Source of the DNA: Candidatus Anstonellales archaeon | GTDB taxonomy: Archaea; Micrarchaeota; Micrarchaeia; Anstonellales; J096 | NCBI GenBank assembly: GCA_038890745.1 | Contig: JAWAFD010000005.1 | Location: 8,817 to 72,816, forward strand | Length of the DNA stretch: 64,000 bases | Direction: 5' to 3' | Shown here: positions 56,255 through 64,000 of the stretch, in pieces | Layout: the number at the start of each line of letters is the position of its first letter | How positions within the stretch are numbered: position 1 is the stretch's first letter | The notes under the pieces: generated by a model | Database searches by the model: none | What the model was told of the DNA's origin: nothing | What the model saw: only the letters and a program-made list of their open reading frames with translations | Position numbers and translations under genes: made by a program

Positions 56255-56690
56255 CTTTCAAAACCTCCTCTTCTTTCTTTTTCGCCTTTTTCTTCATTCT
56301 TAGAGTTAAGACTCCGTCTTTGTACTCTGCCTCAACACCATGCGGGTCTGCATCAGAAGGAAGGAGAACACTTCTGTAAAATCCTGCATAGCTCTTTTCG
56401 CTGTAAAAGTAGCCTTTCTTTTTCTCCTCTTTCTCTTTTTTCCTCTCCCCTTTTACCCTTAGCTCGTTTCCGACAATATCCACGCTTATGTCTTTTTTAT
56501 CTATTCCGGGCATGTCTATTTTTACAATATATCCATCCTTATCCTCTTTCATCTCAATCTCTGGTACTTTGAACTTAGCCATGCCCATTGTCTTGAAATC
56601 AACCTCTCTCTTCATAAGCTCATCCCACATCCTGTCCATGTGCTTCCTGAATCTCTTTATCTCCTCGTACGGATCGAACAAAACCCCCAT
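56241..56690 (-). CDS. Small heat-shock protein (Hsp20/alpha-crystallin) (track ORF starts upstream at 56807)
   Basis: Alpha-crystallin domain GYIVKIDMPGIDKKDISVDIVGNELRVKGERK...GVLTLRM. Probable start MGVLFDPYEE. Confidence 0.8.
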   Translation of the reverse strand: MGVLFDPYEEIKRFRKHMDRMWDELMKREVDFKTMGMAKFKVPEIEMKEDKDGYIVKIDMPGIDKKDISVDIVGNELRVKGERKKEKEEKKKGYFYSEKSYAGFYRSVLLPSDADPHGVEAEYKDGVLTLRMKKKAKKKEEEVLKVTVR

Positions 56691-56730
56691 TCTATCACCG
56701 AAAAGAAATTTGCAAAAAAAATTTAAAAAA

Positions 56731-57744
56731 TTATCTAAATGGCCTTGAATGCCGTCTAAGAGGAAGGACTGTTCCACCAGAATAAAAGGAGAATATTTTT
56801 TCCGCACTTTCCATCTCTTCTGGATTGAGGGCTGCCCGCATGTCCGCTTCTATGAGAATCGCTGGGTAGGCGTAGGATGGGGAGAGGGAAGAGAGGGTGT
56901 AGAGGATTGAAGCAAATTCATTGAAAGAGTATTTTGAGGGGAGGAATTCTATTCGAAGCGGTCGGTCGTTTTTTGATGGCTTTAAATAGAAAATGTTTAT
57001 TCTTTTTCCCCATGGGTAAAGATCCTTGATTATGGTGTTTTCTTCCCGGTAGTTGAAAACGAATGTTCTTTCGCCCTCGTTCAGCAGGAAATGGAGAAAA
57101 ACGCTATCAGAGCAGTTTTCATCAATTTTATTTTTCACAATTTCCATAAACCTCTTTCCTCTTGAATCCTTTATCACACCAGCAATCGCAACCCCTTTCT
57201 TTTCGCATAAGGAGTAGAGTTCTTTGTAAAGGGAAACGACCTTTCCATACTCCTCATGAAGCTGGGAATCCTCGCTCGGCCTGTCAGAGAGAAGAGGGGT
57301 AAGGGAGCCATCAAGTAGGAAAATTTCTGGTGAGAAGTTTTTTATTGCATTGATTGCATTTTTTATCTCGAGATTTAGCCTGAATAGATTTTTATGCCAA
57401 ACAACCTCCCTTTCATCCAGCCCGGTTTTAACATCATACTCTATTTTTGATGAAGGAGAGGGAAAGTAATCAACGGTGCAGAGTTTTGTTTTTTCATACA
57501 CAAATTTTACGGCAACGGCCCTTCCCAAAAGGATATCAACCCCGTGTAGCTCTTTTGAGAGAAGGCCGGCATCATTCGCTCCGATCGTTAGGTTTATTTC
57601 TGTTTTTTCAACCGGGATGGCAATCTCTTTTTCAAGCGCCTCTTTGAAAACGGCGCTGCTCTCCCGCAGAATTTTCGCCTTTTCTGCCCTCTCTTTATTT
57701 ATGGAAACAACATACTCGGCTGCTTTTTTTAGTTCGTTGAGCAT
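56731..57744 (-). CDS. NurA-like nuclease-domain protein
   Basis: IFLLDGSL matches the conserved NurA DGS motif. 337 aa. No adjacent herA/mre11/rad50. Confidence 0.4.
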   Translation of the reverse strand: MLNELKKAAEYVVSINKERAEKAKILRESSAVFKEALEKEIAIPVEKTEINLTIGANDAGLLSKELHGVDILLGRAVAVKFVYEKTKLCTVDYFPSPSSKIEYDVKTGLDEREVVWHKNLFRLNLEIKNAINAIKNFSPEIFLLDGSLTPLLSDRPSEDSQLHEEYGKVVSLYKELYSLCEKKGVAIAGVIKDSRGKRFMEIVKNKIDENCSDSVFLHFLLNEGERTFVFNYREENTIIKDLYPWGKRINIFYLKPSKNDRPLRIEFLPSKYSFNEFASILYTLSSLSPSYAYPAILIEADMRAALNPEEMESAEKIFSFYSGGTVLPLRRHSRPFR

Positions 57745-57837
57745 AGGTTTGTTTTTGGGTGGAAAAGATAAAAAGAGTTGCGATACATGAAAGCTTTTTA
57801 AGTATAACTATACAAAACATGTGCGTTGGGTGGGAGA

Positions 57838-58530
57838 ATGAAGAAATTGTTAATGGTTTTAGTGGTGGTTTCGCTTGTTCTAGCGATGCCAGCTGTGAAA
57901 ACAGTCAGTACGGTAAGTAAAGCAACAGCAAGCACACTCAAACCCGGAACTGCGGTAAAAACGCCTTTAAACCCAAAAACAATAGATATCTGTAGCGTAC
58001 GCAGACCGTTTCTACTCGAAAACTGTGAGTCATTTGAAATGTATAACATAACAGTAACATTTCACAATGCTACGATCTACAACGACAGTTCTAAATGGGC
58101 AAGCTTCAGCATATCCGATCCAGAAGGTTACGTATATTTCATGCTTAGAGAAGGACAAAACTATTACTTCCTTCCAAAAACCGGTAAATTACTAAAACTA
58201 AAGCTCCACCAAGTTATAAACCCAAACCAAGTGCAGGTTAGTTATGTGTGGTGCCCGGCAATGATCTACCCAAGGACGGTAACTGTTGCGGCTGAGGACC
58301 AGGTAGGAACAACCCATGGAGGGTATGGAGCATCCGTCTACCTTGGACAGATACTGCCATCCCTTATACCGGTGTATGAGTATGATTATATGTATAACTG
58401 GGTCGGATCTGATAATGTCTTTGAAGGCAGTTATACCGACTTCGTTGCAAATGGATACACTTATAGATTTACATATCTAAACCGTGTATCACCCAACACA
58501 GCAAAGGTACAATTTGTTGAATACAACTAA
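57838..58530 (+). CDS. Hypothetical secreted protein
   Basis: Signal peptide MKKLLMVLVVVSLVLAMPAV. Confidence 0.4.
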   Translation: MKKLLMVLVVVSLVLAMPAVKTVSTVSKATASTLKPGTAVKTPLNPKTIDICSVRRPFLLENCESFEMYNITVTFHNATIYNDSSKWASFSISDPEGYVYFMLREGQNYYFLPKTGKLLKLKLHQVINPNQVQVSYVWCPAMIYPRTVTVAAEDQVGTTHGGYGASVYLGQILPSLIPVYEYDYMYNWVGSDNVFEGSYTDFVANGYTYRFTYLNRVSPNTAKVQFVEYN

Positions 58531-58591
58531 CTAACTTTTTCTTTTTTTCTTTTATGCAATGTTTTTAAGCGCTTACATTCTATTTTTTGCA

Positions 58592-58942
58592 ATGGTTAAG
58601 CAGGCGATTGTTGTAAGAATGGACTTGAAAATGGGGAAGGGGAAGATGTGCGCGCAGGTTGCGCACGCATCCATCTCTGCATACAAGGAAGTGGTGAGAA
58701 AGAATAAGAGGATTGCTGAGGAATGGGAAAAGGAGGGGATGAAAAAAATCGTTCTGAAAGTAAAAAATTTAAATGAGCTTCTAGAGTATTATGAAAAATG
58801 CGCGGAAGCAGGAATACCGGTTTCGCTTATAAAGGATGCCGGCCATACACAGATTGAACCGGGAACAATAACCTGCTTTGGTGCAGGTCCTTGGGAGGAA
58901 GAAAAAATAGATGGGGTGCTTGGAAGGTTAAAGCTTTTGTGA
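58592..58942 (+). CDS. pth2: Peptidyl-tRNA hydrolase Pth2
   Basis: MVKQAIVVRMDLKMGKGKMCAQVAHAS ... GAGPWEE is the archaeal Pth2 signature. The track ORF begins 33 nt earlier. Confidence 0.9.
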   Translation: MVKQAIVVRMDLKMGKGKMCAQVAHASISAYKEVVRKNKRIAEEWEKEGMKKIVLKVKNLNELLEYYEKCAEAGIPVSLIKDAGHTQIEPGTITCFGAGPWEEEKIDGVLGRLKLL

Positions 58943-58951
58943 GGTGAGAGG

Positions 58952-59845
58952 ATGGATAGGTTGGATGTGATAATCTTTCTTTCAACAATAGGGGTATTTG
59001 TTGTTCTTGCGGTTATTTTCACTGCCCTTCTCTACGCAACTGGTGGGGACCTAATATATGTCCTACCGTTCTCATTCCTGATGCTTTTTATACAATGGTA
59101 CATCGGTCCGTTTATGGTGAAGGTGTTTACTGGGGCGAAGGAGGTTAGCGAGGAGGAGGCACCGGAACTGCATAAGATGGTTGAGGAATTGGCAAAAAAA
59201 GCAGGGATTCCAAAGCCAAAAGTGTGCATAGTAAACAACCCATCTCCGAATGCGTTTGCGTTCGGAAGGACGCAGAAAAGTAGCTATGTAGCAGTGCATA
59301 CTGGGCTGATGAATGCGCTTAGTGAAGAGGAGGTTAAGGCAGTTCTTGCACATGAGATAGGGCACATAAAACACAGGGATGTTTTCGTAATCACCATGGC
59401 TTCTGTCCTTCCTGTTCTTCTATACTGGGGGGTTATATTCGCTCTGGGCGGGAGGAACCGAGAGAGGCAGAATCCTTTTGCAGTATGGATGGGCGCGCTT
59501 TTTGCGCAGTTTATAGGCCAGCTTGCTGTTCTCTGGCTCTCTAGGCAAAGGGAGTTTTTTGCAGATGCTTTTTCTAAGAAAGTTATTGGGGACCCGCTTC
59601 CTCTTGGAAGGGCCCTTGTAAAAATAAGTTATTCGCTGAATAAATACAGAGAAATAGAAAATCCATCCATGAAAGCATTCTACATTGGGGAGGCAGAGCA
59701 TCTGAGCGAGGATGTTTTAAGAGCAGTGAGCGGTGGAAAAGAGGATATAATGGAAGCTATAAAGAGAGATGAAGGAATGGGTATTCTAGAGCTTTTCAGT
59801 ACCCACCCAAGAACAGTAAAAAGGCTGAAAGCGCTCTTCTCATAG
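58952..59845 (+). CDS. htpX: Zinc metalloprotease HtpX (M48)
   Basis: HEIGHIKH HExxH motif within a polytopic membrane protein. Confidence 0.85.
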   Translation: MDRLDVIIFLSTIGVFVVLAVIFTALLYATGGDLIYVLPFSFLMLFIQWYIGPFMVKVFTGAKEVSEEEAPELHKMVEELAKKAGIPKPKVCIVNNPSPNAFAFGRTQKSSYVAVHTGLMNALSEEEVKAVLAHEIGHIKHRDVFVITMASVLPVLLYWGVIFALGGRNRERQNPFAVWMGALFAQFIGQLAVLWLSRQREFFADAFSKKVIGDPLPLGRALVKISYSLNKYREIENPSMKAFYIGEAEHLSEDVLRAVSGGKEDIMEAIKRDEGMGILELFSTHPRTVKRLKALFS

Positions 59846-59853
59846 GTGAGCAT

Positions 59854-60363
59854 ATGTACATGAGCGATGTGGATATAAAGAAGGCGATAAAGAAAGGAGA
59901 AATAAAAATAGAACCGCTAAGTGAGGAGCAGATAGGGCCGGCAAGCATTGACCTTACGCTTGATAATATATGGTGGTTTCCGAAGAAGAAAATGTTTCCT
60001 GTTGATTTGAAAAAAGTTGGATGGGAGGAACTTATGGAGAAAAAGGTTGCGGAGAGGATAGTGCTAAAACCAGGAGAGCTCTGCCTCGGCATTACAAAAG
60101 AAAGAATAACACTGGCAGACAATATAATCGGAAAATTAGAGGGGAGAAGCCGATATGCGAGGGTGGGGCTATCTGTACATATCACTTCTGCGCTTGTCCA
60201 GCCCGGTGTGAGCAACCACCAGGTTTTGGAGATTGTGAATAATGCACCTTTTCCGGTAGTACTGCACGAAGGGATGAGGGTAAGCCAGATTGTTTTTGCA
60301 AAGACAAAAAGCAAAACCTCAAAACCATACAGAAAAGTAGGGAAGATAGCGGTTAAACAATAG
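59854..60363 (+). CDS. dcd: dCTP deaminase / dUTPase-fold protein
   Basis: LEGRSRYARVGLSVHITSALVQPGVSNHQVLEIVNN matches the Dcd/Dut jelly-roll motifs (RSSxARxGL...GxxxxxxLE). Confidence 0.7.
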   Translation: MYMSDVDIKKAIKKGEIKIEPLSEEQIGPASIDLTLDNIWWFPKKKMFPVDLKKVGWEELMEKKVAERIVLKPGELCLGITKERITLADNIIGKLEGRSRYARVGLSVHITSALVQPGVSNHQVLEIVNNAPFPVVLHEGMRVSQIVFAKTKSKTSKPYRKVGKIAVKQ

Positions 60364-60394
60364 GAATTTAAAGTTTGTTTGCTGAGTAGTCTGC

Positions 60395-60961
60395 ATGAAG
60401 GTTGATGTTGAGGTAAAGGCAAAACCAAGCGGCATAGATAGATTCGTTTATGAATTTGTGAGGATTTTGGAAAGATATACGAATTATGCGTTAGTAAGTG
60501 GGTATGTTGCAATCTTGCTCGGGATGGAAAGACCTACGCAAGATATTGATGTTATAGTGGATGGATTTAAGAGTAAAAAAGAGTTCCATCGCTTTTTGCA
60601 TGAGATAGAAAAAATAGGATATTCAATAGCAATAAAGAAAGAGTGGGTGTATGAAATTTTTGAAAAAAGAGGAGAGAAAATTGATATTTTTACGAAAAAA
60701 CAGTGGTATTTTGATTTTAAAAAAGCAAAAAATATCTGGGATGTGAATTCCGTAAAATATTCGATAAAAATAAAAAAAGGGAATTATGTATTCAGGACAG
60801 CCCCACCAGAGATTCAGGTGCCGTACAAACTCTTACTTGGAACCGACAAAGATATAAAGGATGCCAAATACATCTATGAAAGATTAAAAGATATCATAGA
60901 TATTGAAACAATGAAAAAGAATGCTAGATTGATGAAAGTTGACCTGAGCTTGATAGTATGA
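60395..60961 (+). CDS. Hypothetical protein (possible nucleotidyltransferase fold)
   Basis: VSGYVAILLGMERPTQDIDVIV has a G-S/G..D.D-like pattern. Confidence 0.3.
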   Translation: MKVDVEVKAKPSGIDRFVYEFVRILERYTNYALVSGYVAILLGMERPTQDIDVIVDGFKSKKEFHRFLHEIEKIGYSIAIKKEWVYEIFEKRGEKIDIFTKKQWYFDFKKAKNIWDVNSVKYSIKIKKGNYVFRTAPPEIQVPYKLLLGTDKDIKDAKYIYERLKDIIDIETMKKNARLMKVDLSLIV

Positions 60962-61146
60962 AGAAAACAAAGATAAAGGCAAAAAGGATCACACCACTCC
61001 CTCCTGTTCCGAAGCTTGCAAGACAAAGGATGGGCAAAAAGAGGAGATATGAAGAATATATGAGACCGATCGAGTACATAGCAAAACATAGGAGCCCAAA
61101 AATACTTTTATACAAAAAGGCGAGAAGAAGGGTGGTTAAACAATAA
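60958..61146 (+). CDS. Small highly basic protein (62 aa)
   Basis: Lys/Arg-rich. Start overlaps upstream stop (ATGA). Confidence 0.3.
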   Translation: MKKTKIKAKRITPLPPVPKLARQRMGKKRRYEEYMRPIEYIAKHRSPKILLYKKARRRVVKQ

Positions 61147-61699
61147 CCCTTTTCTCAGTCACCACTGCGTCCATAACCGCATCATGCTCTTCATGCGCAA
61201 AATGCCTCACCTGAAAATCAAAACACACGCCGATTTTGAATGGATTGAATTTCTTCAAAAACTTATCGTAGTATCCTTTACCATACCCCAAACGATGCTT
61301 TTTTGGTGAAAACGCTAACGCGGGTACAATGATAACATCTATTTTTTCTTTCCATTTAGGAGAAATGGGCTCAGGTATTCCAAACCTTCCTTTTTTCAAT
61401 TCTTCAAAAGAATTAAACGGAGCAAAAACCAATCTTTCTTTTTCGAGCCGTGGGAGGAGGAATTTTTTTGTTTTATCTTTCATCAGTTGCAAAATCCTAA
61501 CTTCATTTTTTATTGGAAAATAGAGTGCAACAGTTTTTGCATCTCTGTACTCCTCCATTCTCCTTATTTTGTTGCATATTTTTCTGCTTGCGTTTTCAAT
61601 AAACCCTTCGCTCAGGGAAAGCCTCTTCTTAAGCATTTCCTTCCGTAGTGTTTTTTTATCCATACATCTCGCCCAGCATGTATATGGAGCCAGATGCAA
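61136..61699 (-). CDS. 5-formyltetrahydrofolate cyclo-ligase (MTHFS)
   Basis: LGYGKGYYDKFL (G-x-G-x-GYYD signature) and an N-terminal K..LR......R motif. Confidence 0.8.
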   Translation of the reverse strand: MHLAPYTCWARCMDKKTLRKEMLKKRLSLSEGFIENASRKICNKIRRMEEYRDAKTVALYFPIKNEVRILQLMKDKTKKFLLPRLEKERLVFAPFNSFEELKKGRFGIPEPISPKWKEKIDVIIVPALAFSPKKHRLGYGKGYYDKFLKKFNPFKIGVCFDFQVRHFAHEEHDAVMDAVVTEKRVIV

Positions 61700-62834
61700 T
61701 TATTAAATCTTCCTCCCCTGCAATGGATCTTGCATACCCTATGGCCTTTTTCGGCTCTTTTATCACTTTCCCTCCATAGTAATTGGCTATATTTTCTGCC
61801 CTTTCGCTCCTCTCTATTTTTGCCTCTGTTGCAATCAGAACATCCGGCTTAAGAATATCGAGCATTTTCTTCCAATCCTTATCCCTCATCGCACCAAAAA
61901 CAAGAATAAACTTTTTTTTGTTAAAAAGTTGGATTGCGTTTTTAAGGGACTGGGCGCCGTTTGGGTTGTGCGCTGAATCAAAAACAACAAATGGGTTTTT
62001 CGAAATTATTTCAAGCCTACCTTTTATTTTTGCTTTTTCTATTCCTTTTACTATACCATCCTCGCTTATTCCCAACTCCTCTCCGGCCCTCGCAGCGATG
62101 CTGGCATTCTCCATCTGGTGTTTTCCTATAAGGGTTGTTTTTAGAACAAATTGTTTTTTTCCTTTATACAAAAACTCATTCCCATTCATATTGCATTTTT
62201 TCTCCTCAAAAAAGAAATCCCTCCCAAGTGCGTAAGCCTTCTTCCCTATTTCCTTTGCTCTTTTATCAAAAACATCCCAAACATTGCAGACTATTGCGTT
62301 GCTGTTTTTCATTATCCCTGCCTTTTCGCCTGCAATCCTCTCCAAACTCTCACCTAGAAATTCCATGTGGTCAAAATCTATCCTTGTTATCACGCTCAGT
62401 TTTTCCTTTGCAACATTCGTCGCATCCAACCTTCCGCCCATCCCAACCTCCATAACCGCAAAATCAACTTTTTTATCTGAAAAATAGGTATACGCAAGCG
62501 CGGTTGATGCCTCAAACTCTGTAAGGTCTGTCTTGTTTGCAATCTCCAGAATGCGCGGTTCGTATTTCGCTATCTCCCCATCGCTTATCTCCTTTCCGTT
62601 TACTTTCACTCGCTCGCTCCATTTTACTAAATGGGGAGAGAAATAGCTTCCAACCTTGTACCCGGATTCTTTGAGAAAAGAGGAGATGTAAGAAACAACA
62701 GACCCCTTGCCGTTCGTTCCGGCGACCAGGATCACAGGATAGTTTTCCTGTGGGTTTCCCAAAATTTCCATCGCTCTTTTTATTCTGTCAAGGCCGGGCC
62801 TGCTTCCCTTTTGCAGAAGAGAATCAAAAACCAT
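61656..62834 (-). CDS. folC: Folylpolyglutamate synthase / dihydrofolate synthase (Mur ligase family, FolC)
   Basis: ILVAGTNGKGSV P-loop characteristic of FolC. Confidence 0.7.
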   Translation of the reverse strand: MVFDSLLQKGSRPGLDRIKRAMEILGNPQENYPVILVAGTNGKGSVVSYISSFLKESGYKVGSYFSPHLVKWSERVKVNGKEISDGEIAKYEPRILEIANKTDLTEFEASTALAYTYFSDKKVDFAVMEVGMGGRLDATNVAKEKLSVITRIDFDHMEFLGESLERIAGEKAGIMKNSNAIVCNVWDVFDKRAKEIGKKAYALGRDFFFEEKKCNMNGNEFLYKGKKQFVLKTTLIGKHQMENASIAARAGEELGISEDGIVKGIEKAKIKGRLEIISKNPFVVFDSAHNPNGAQSLKNAIQLFNKKKFILVFGAMRDKDWKKMLDILKPDVLIATEAKIERSERAENIANYYGGKVIKEPKKAIGYARSIAGEEDLIIASGSIYMLGEMYG

Positions 62835-62838
62835 AAGC

Positions 62839-63156
62839 CTACCTCTGCTTATATGCCAGCTCCTTTTCTTTTCTCATTGCTTCGATCAAACTCTTTATCT
62901 TTCCATTATTCGTCTCAATAGCGTATCCTTTCTTCCCGCCTTTTATCATCGTATACAAATTGCTATTTTCAAGGTCTTCAACAAATTTTTCAAACCCTTC
63001 TTCAAAATATTTATTTAGTTTCCATTTGGGGATAAGAAAAATATATTCCTGTCCCTCCAGCTTTATATTCACAACAGTATAGTCCTTTGCAAGCATATTC
63101 CTCAACCTGTTGTATTCAGAATCGGTTAGGTTTGTGTTGAAATGCTCCTCACTCAT
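62839..63156 (-). CDS. Hypothetical protein (105 aa)
   Basis: ORF lies between folC and folD on the same strand. Confidence 0.35.
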   Translation of the reverse strand: MSEEHFNTNLTDSEYNRLRNMLAKDYTVVNIKLEGQEYIFLIPKWKLNKYFEEGFEKFVEDLENSNLYTMIKGGKKGYAIETNNGKIKSLIEAMRKEKELAYKQR

Positions 63157-63980
63157 TTTTTCCTCCTCCTTTTCGCAGCAATAAGCGTGTTTTTTAGGAG
63201 ATAGGCAACCGTAAGCGGCCCAACACCTCCGGGGACTGGTGAGCAGTGTGCTTTTTTTATTACATTTTCAAAATCAACATCCCCTACAAGCTTCCCTCCA
63301 ACATCTGTTGTTCCAACATCTATTATATACGCTCCTCCCTTTACCATCTCGGATTTTACGAGGCCCGGGCTTCCAGCAGCGGCAATCAGAATATCTGCTT
63401 TTTTTGTGTGCTCTGCTAAATTTTTTGTTTTTGAATGACAGAGTGTAACGGTTGCATTTTTCTGCAAAAGCAAAACAGAAACCGGCTTCCCTACAATAAC
63501 GCTTCTTCCGATAACAACCGCATTCGCGCCTTCAATTTTTGCTCCATAGTATCCAAGGAGATGGAGTATTCCTTGGGGGGTTGCGGGAATAAAGTAGGGG
63601 TCACCGGAGGAAAAAAGCGAGCCTAGGTTGTATGGTGAAAACCCGTCCACATCTTTTTTTGGGTCAACGCTCGAAAGAATCTCAAATTGGTCTATGTGAT
63701 TGGGGAGCGGGAGCTGGACGATAAACCCATCTATTTTTCTGCTTTTGTTAAGTTTTTGGATGAGTGAAAGAAGTTTTTGTTTTTTTGTTTTTTCCGGCAA
63801 ACGGAAAACCTCTGTTTTTATTCCGACCTCTTTTGCGCGCTCCATCTTTGTTTTAACATACTTCTGCGATGCGGGATTGTTGCCAACGAGAACTATTCCG
63901 AGCGTTGGTTTTGTTTTTTCTGCCTCGACCTTAACCTGTTTGAGAATTTCATCAGCAACAGGCTTTCCGTTCAGAATCAT
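63153..63980 (-). CDS. folD: Bifunctional methylenetetrahydrofolate dehydrogenase/cyclohydrolase FolD
   Basis: MILNGKPVADEI...GIVLVGNNPASQKYVKTKMERAKEVGI and an NAD(P)-binding GRSVIVGKP segment. Confidence 0.9.
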   Translation of the reverse strand: MILNGKPVADEILKQVKVEAEKTKPTLGIVLVGNNPASQKYVKTKMERAKEVGIKTEVFRLPEKTKKQKLLSLIQKLNKSRKIDGFIVQLPLPNHIDQFEILSSVDPKKDVDGFSPYNLGSLFSSGDPYFIPATPQGILHLLGYYGAKIEGANAVVIGRSVIVGKPVSVLLLQKNATVTLCHSKTKNLAEHTKKADILIAAAGSPGLVKSEMVKGGAYIIDVGTTDVGGKLVGDVDFENVIKKAHCSPVPGGVGPLTVAYLLKNTLIAAKRRRKK

Positions 63981-64000
63981 AAATTCTATTGCGAGGAATA

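Noticed and set aside
1-64000. CRISPR arrays, integrase/transposase genes, 16S/23S rRNA
   Set aside because: No short regularly spaced direct repeats, no recognisable integrase/transposase catalytic motifs (DDE, tyrosine recombinase RxxR..HxxR..Y) and no large rRNA genes were seen. The repeats present are the cassette blocks and short flanking direct repeats described above.

Overview
This is an archaeal chromosomal segment with low GC (roughly 38%). Archaeal hallmarks include PriS/PriL primase, AglB/STT3 oligosaccharyltransferase, class I LysRS, Pth2, Pus10, two FtsZ genes, an ATP-dependent DNA ligase, an archaeal-type HMG-CoA synthase and a tRNA with a long non-canonical intron. A small-genome, DPANN-like lineage is my inference and is not proven. 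Housekeeping genes occupy 0.2-1.4 kb and about 26-64 kb. That stretch holds the primase, two tandem FtsZ genes, ligase, LysRS, a folate cluster (FolD/FolC/MTHFS), Pth2, HtpX, dCTP deaminase, Hsp20 and HMG-CoA synthase. It also holds a 5S rRNA and a tRNA-Gly(CCC) that the ORF track does not show, plus four type II/VII toxin-antitoxin pairs. The remarkable part is 4.2-25.5 kb. A minus-strand operon of about 13 kb encodes paralogous signal-peptide/polytopic membrane proteins, including a 1230-aa Cys-rich giant. The last gene of that operon (12405..14723) has a modular C-terminus. Downstream of it lie five 5'-truncated orphan C-terminal cassettes. Each keeps a near-identical homology block of about 330 bp. 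Each is paired tail-to-tail (convergent, often 3'-overlapping) with a small plus-strand gene. Those small genes have their own conserved promoter-like element, a conserved N-terminal membrane-anchor-like head and a variable but homologous C-terminus. The architecture is that of polymorphic-toxin/immunity loci such as CDI and Rhs orphan modules, or of a cassette-switching variable receptor-ligand or self/non-self system. The convergent gene-pair layout and the fusion to a membrane-protein paralog family are distinctive. Other notable structure is listed in the findings: a relBE pair inserted into the oldest cassette, an MNT/HEPN pair inserted beside the 5S gene with 28-bp target-like direct repeats, and two AAA+ (DUF4143-type) ATPase genes each bracketed by about 50-bp direct repeats. 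A peptidoglycan-binding-domain protein in an archaeon is also notable. All coordinates derived from my own reading, as opposed to the ORF track, may be off by 1-2 nt.
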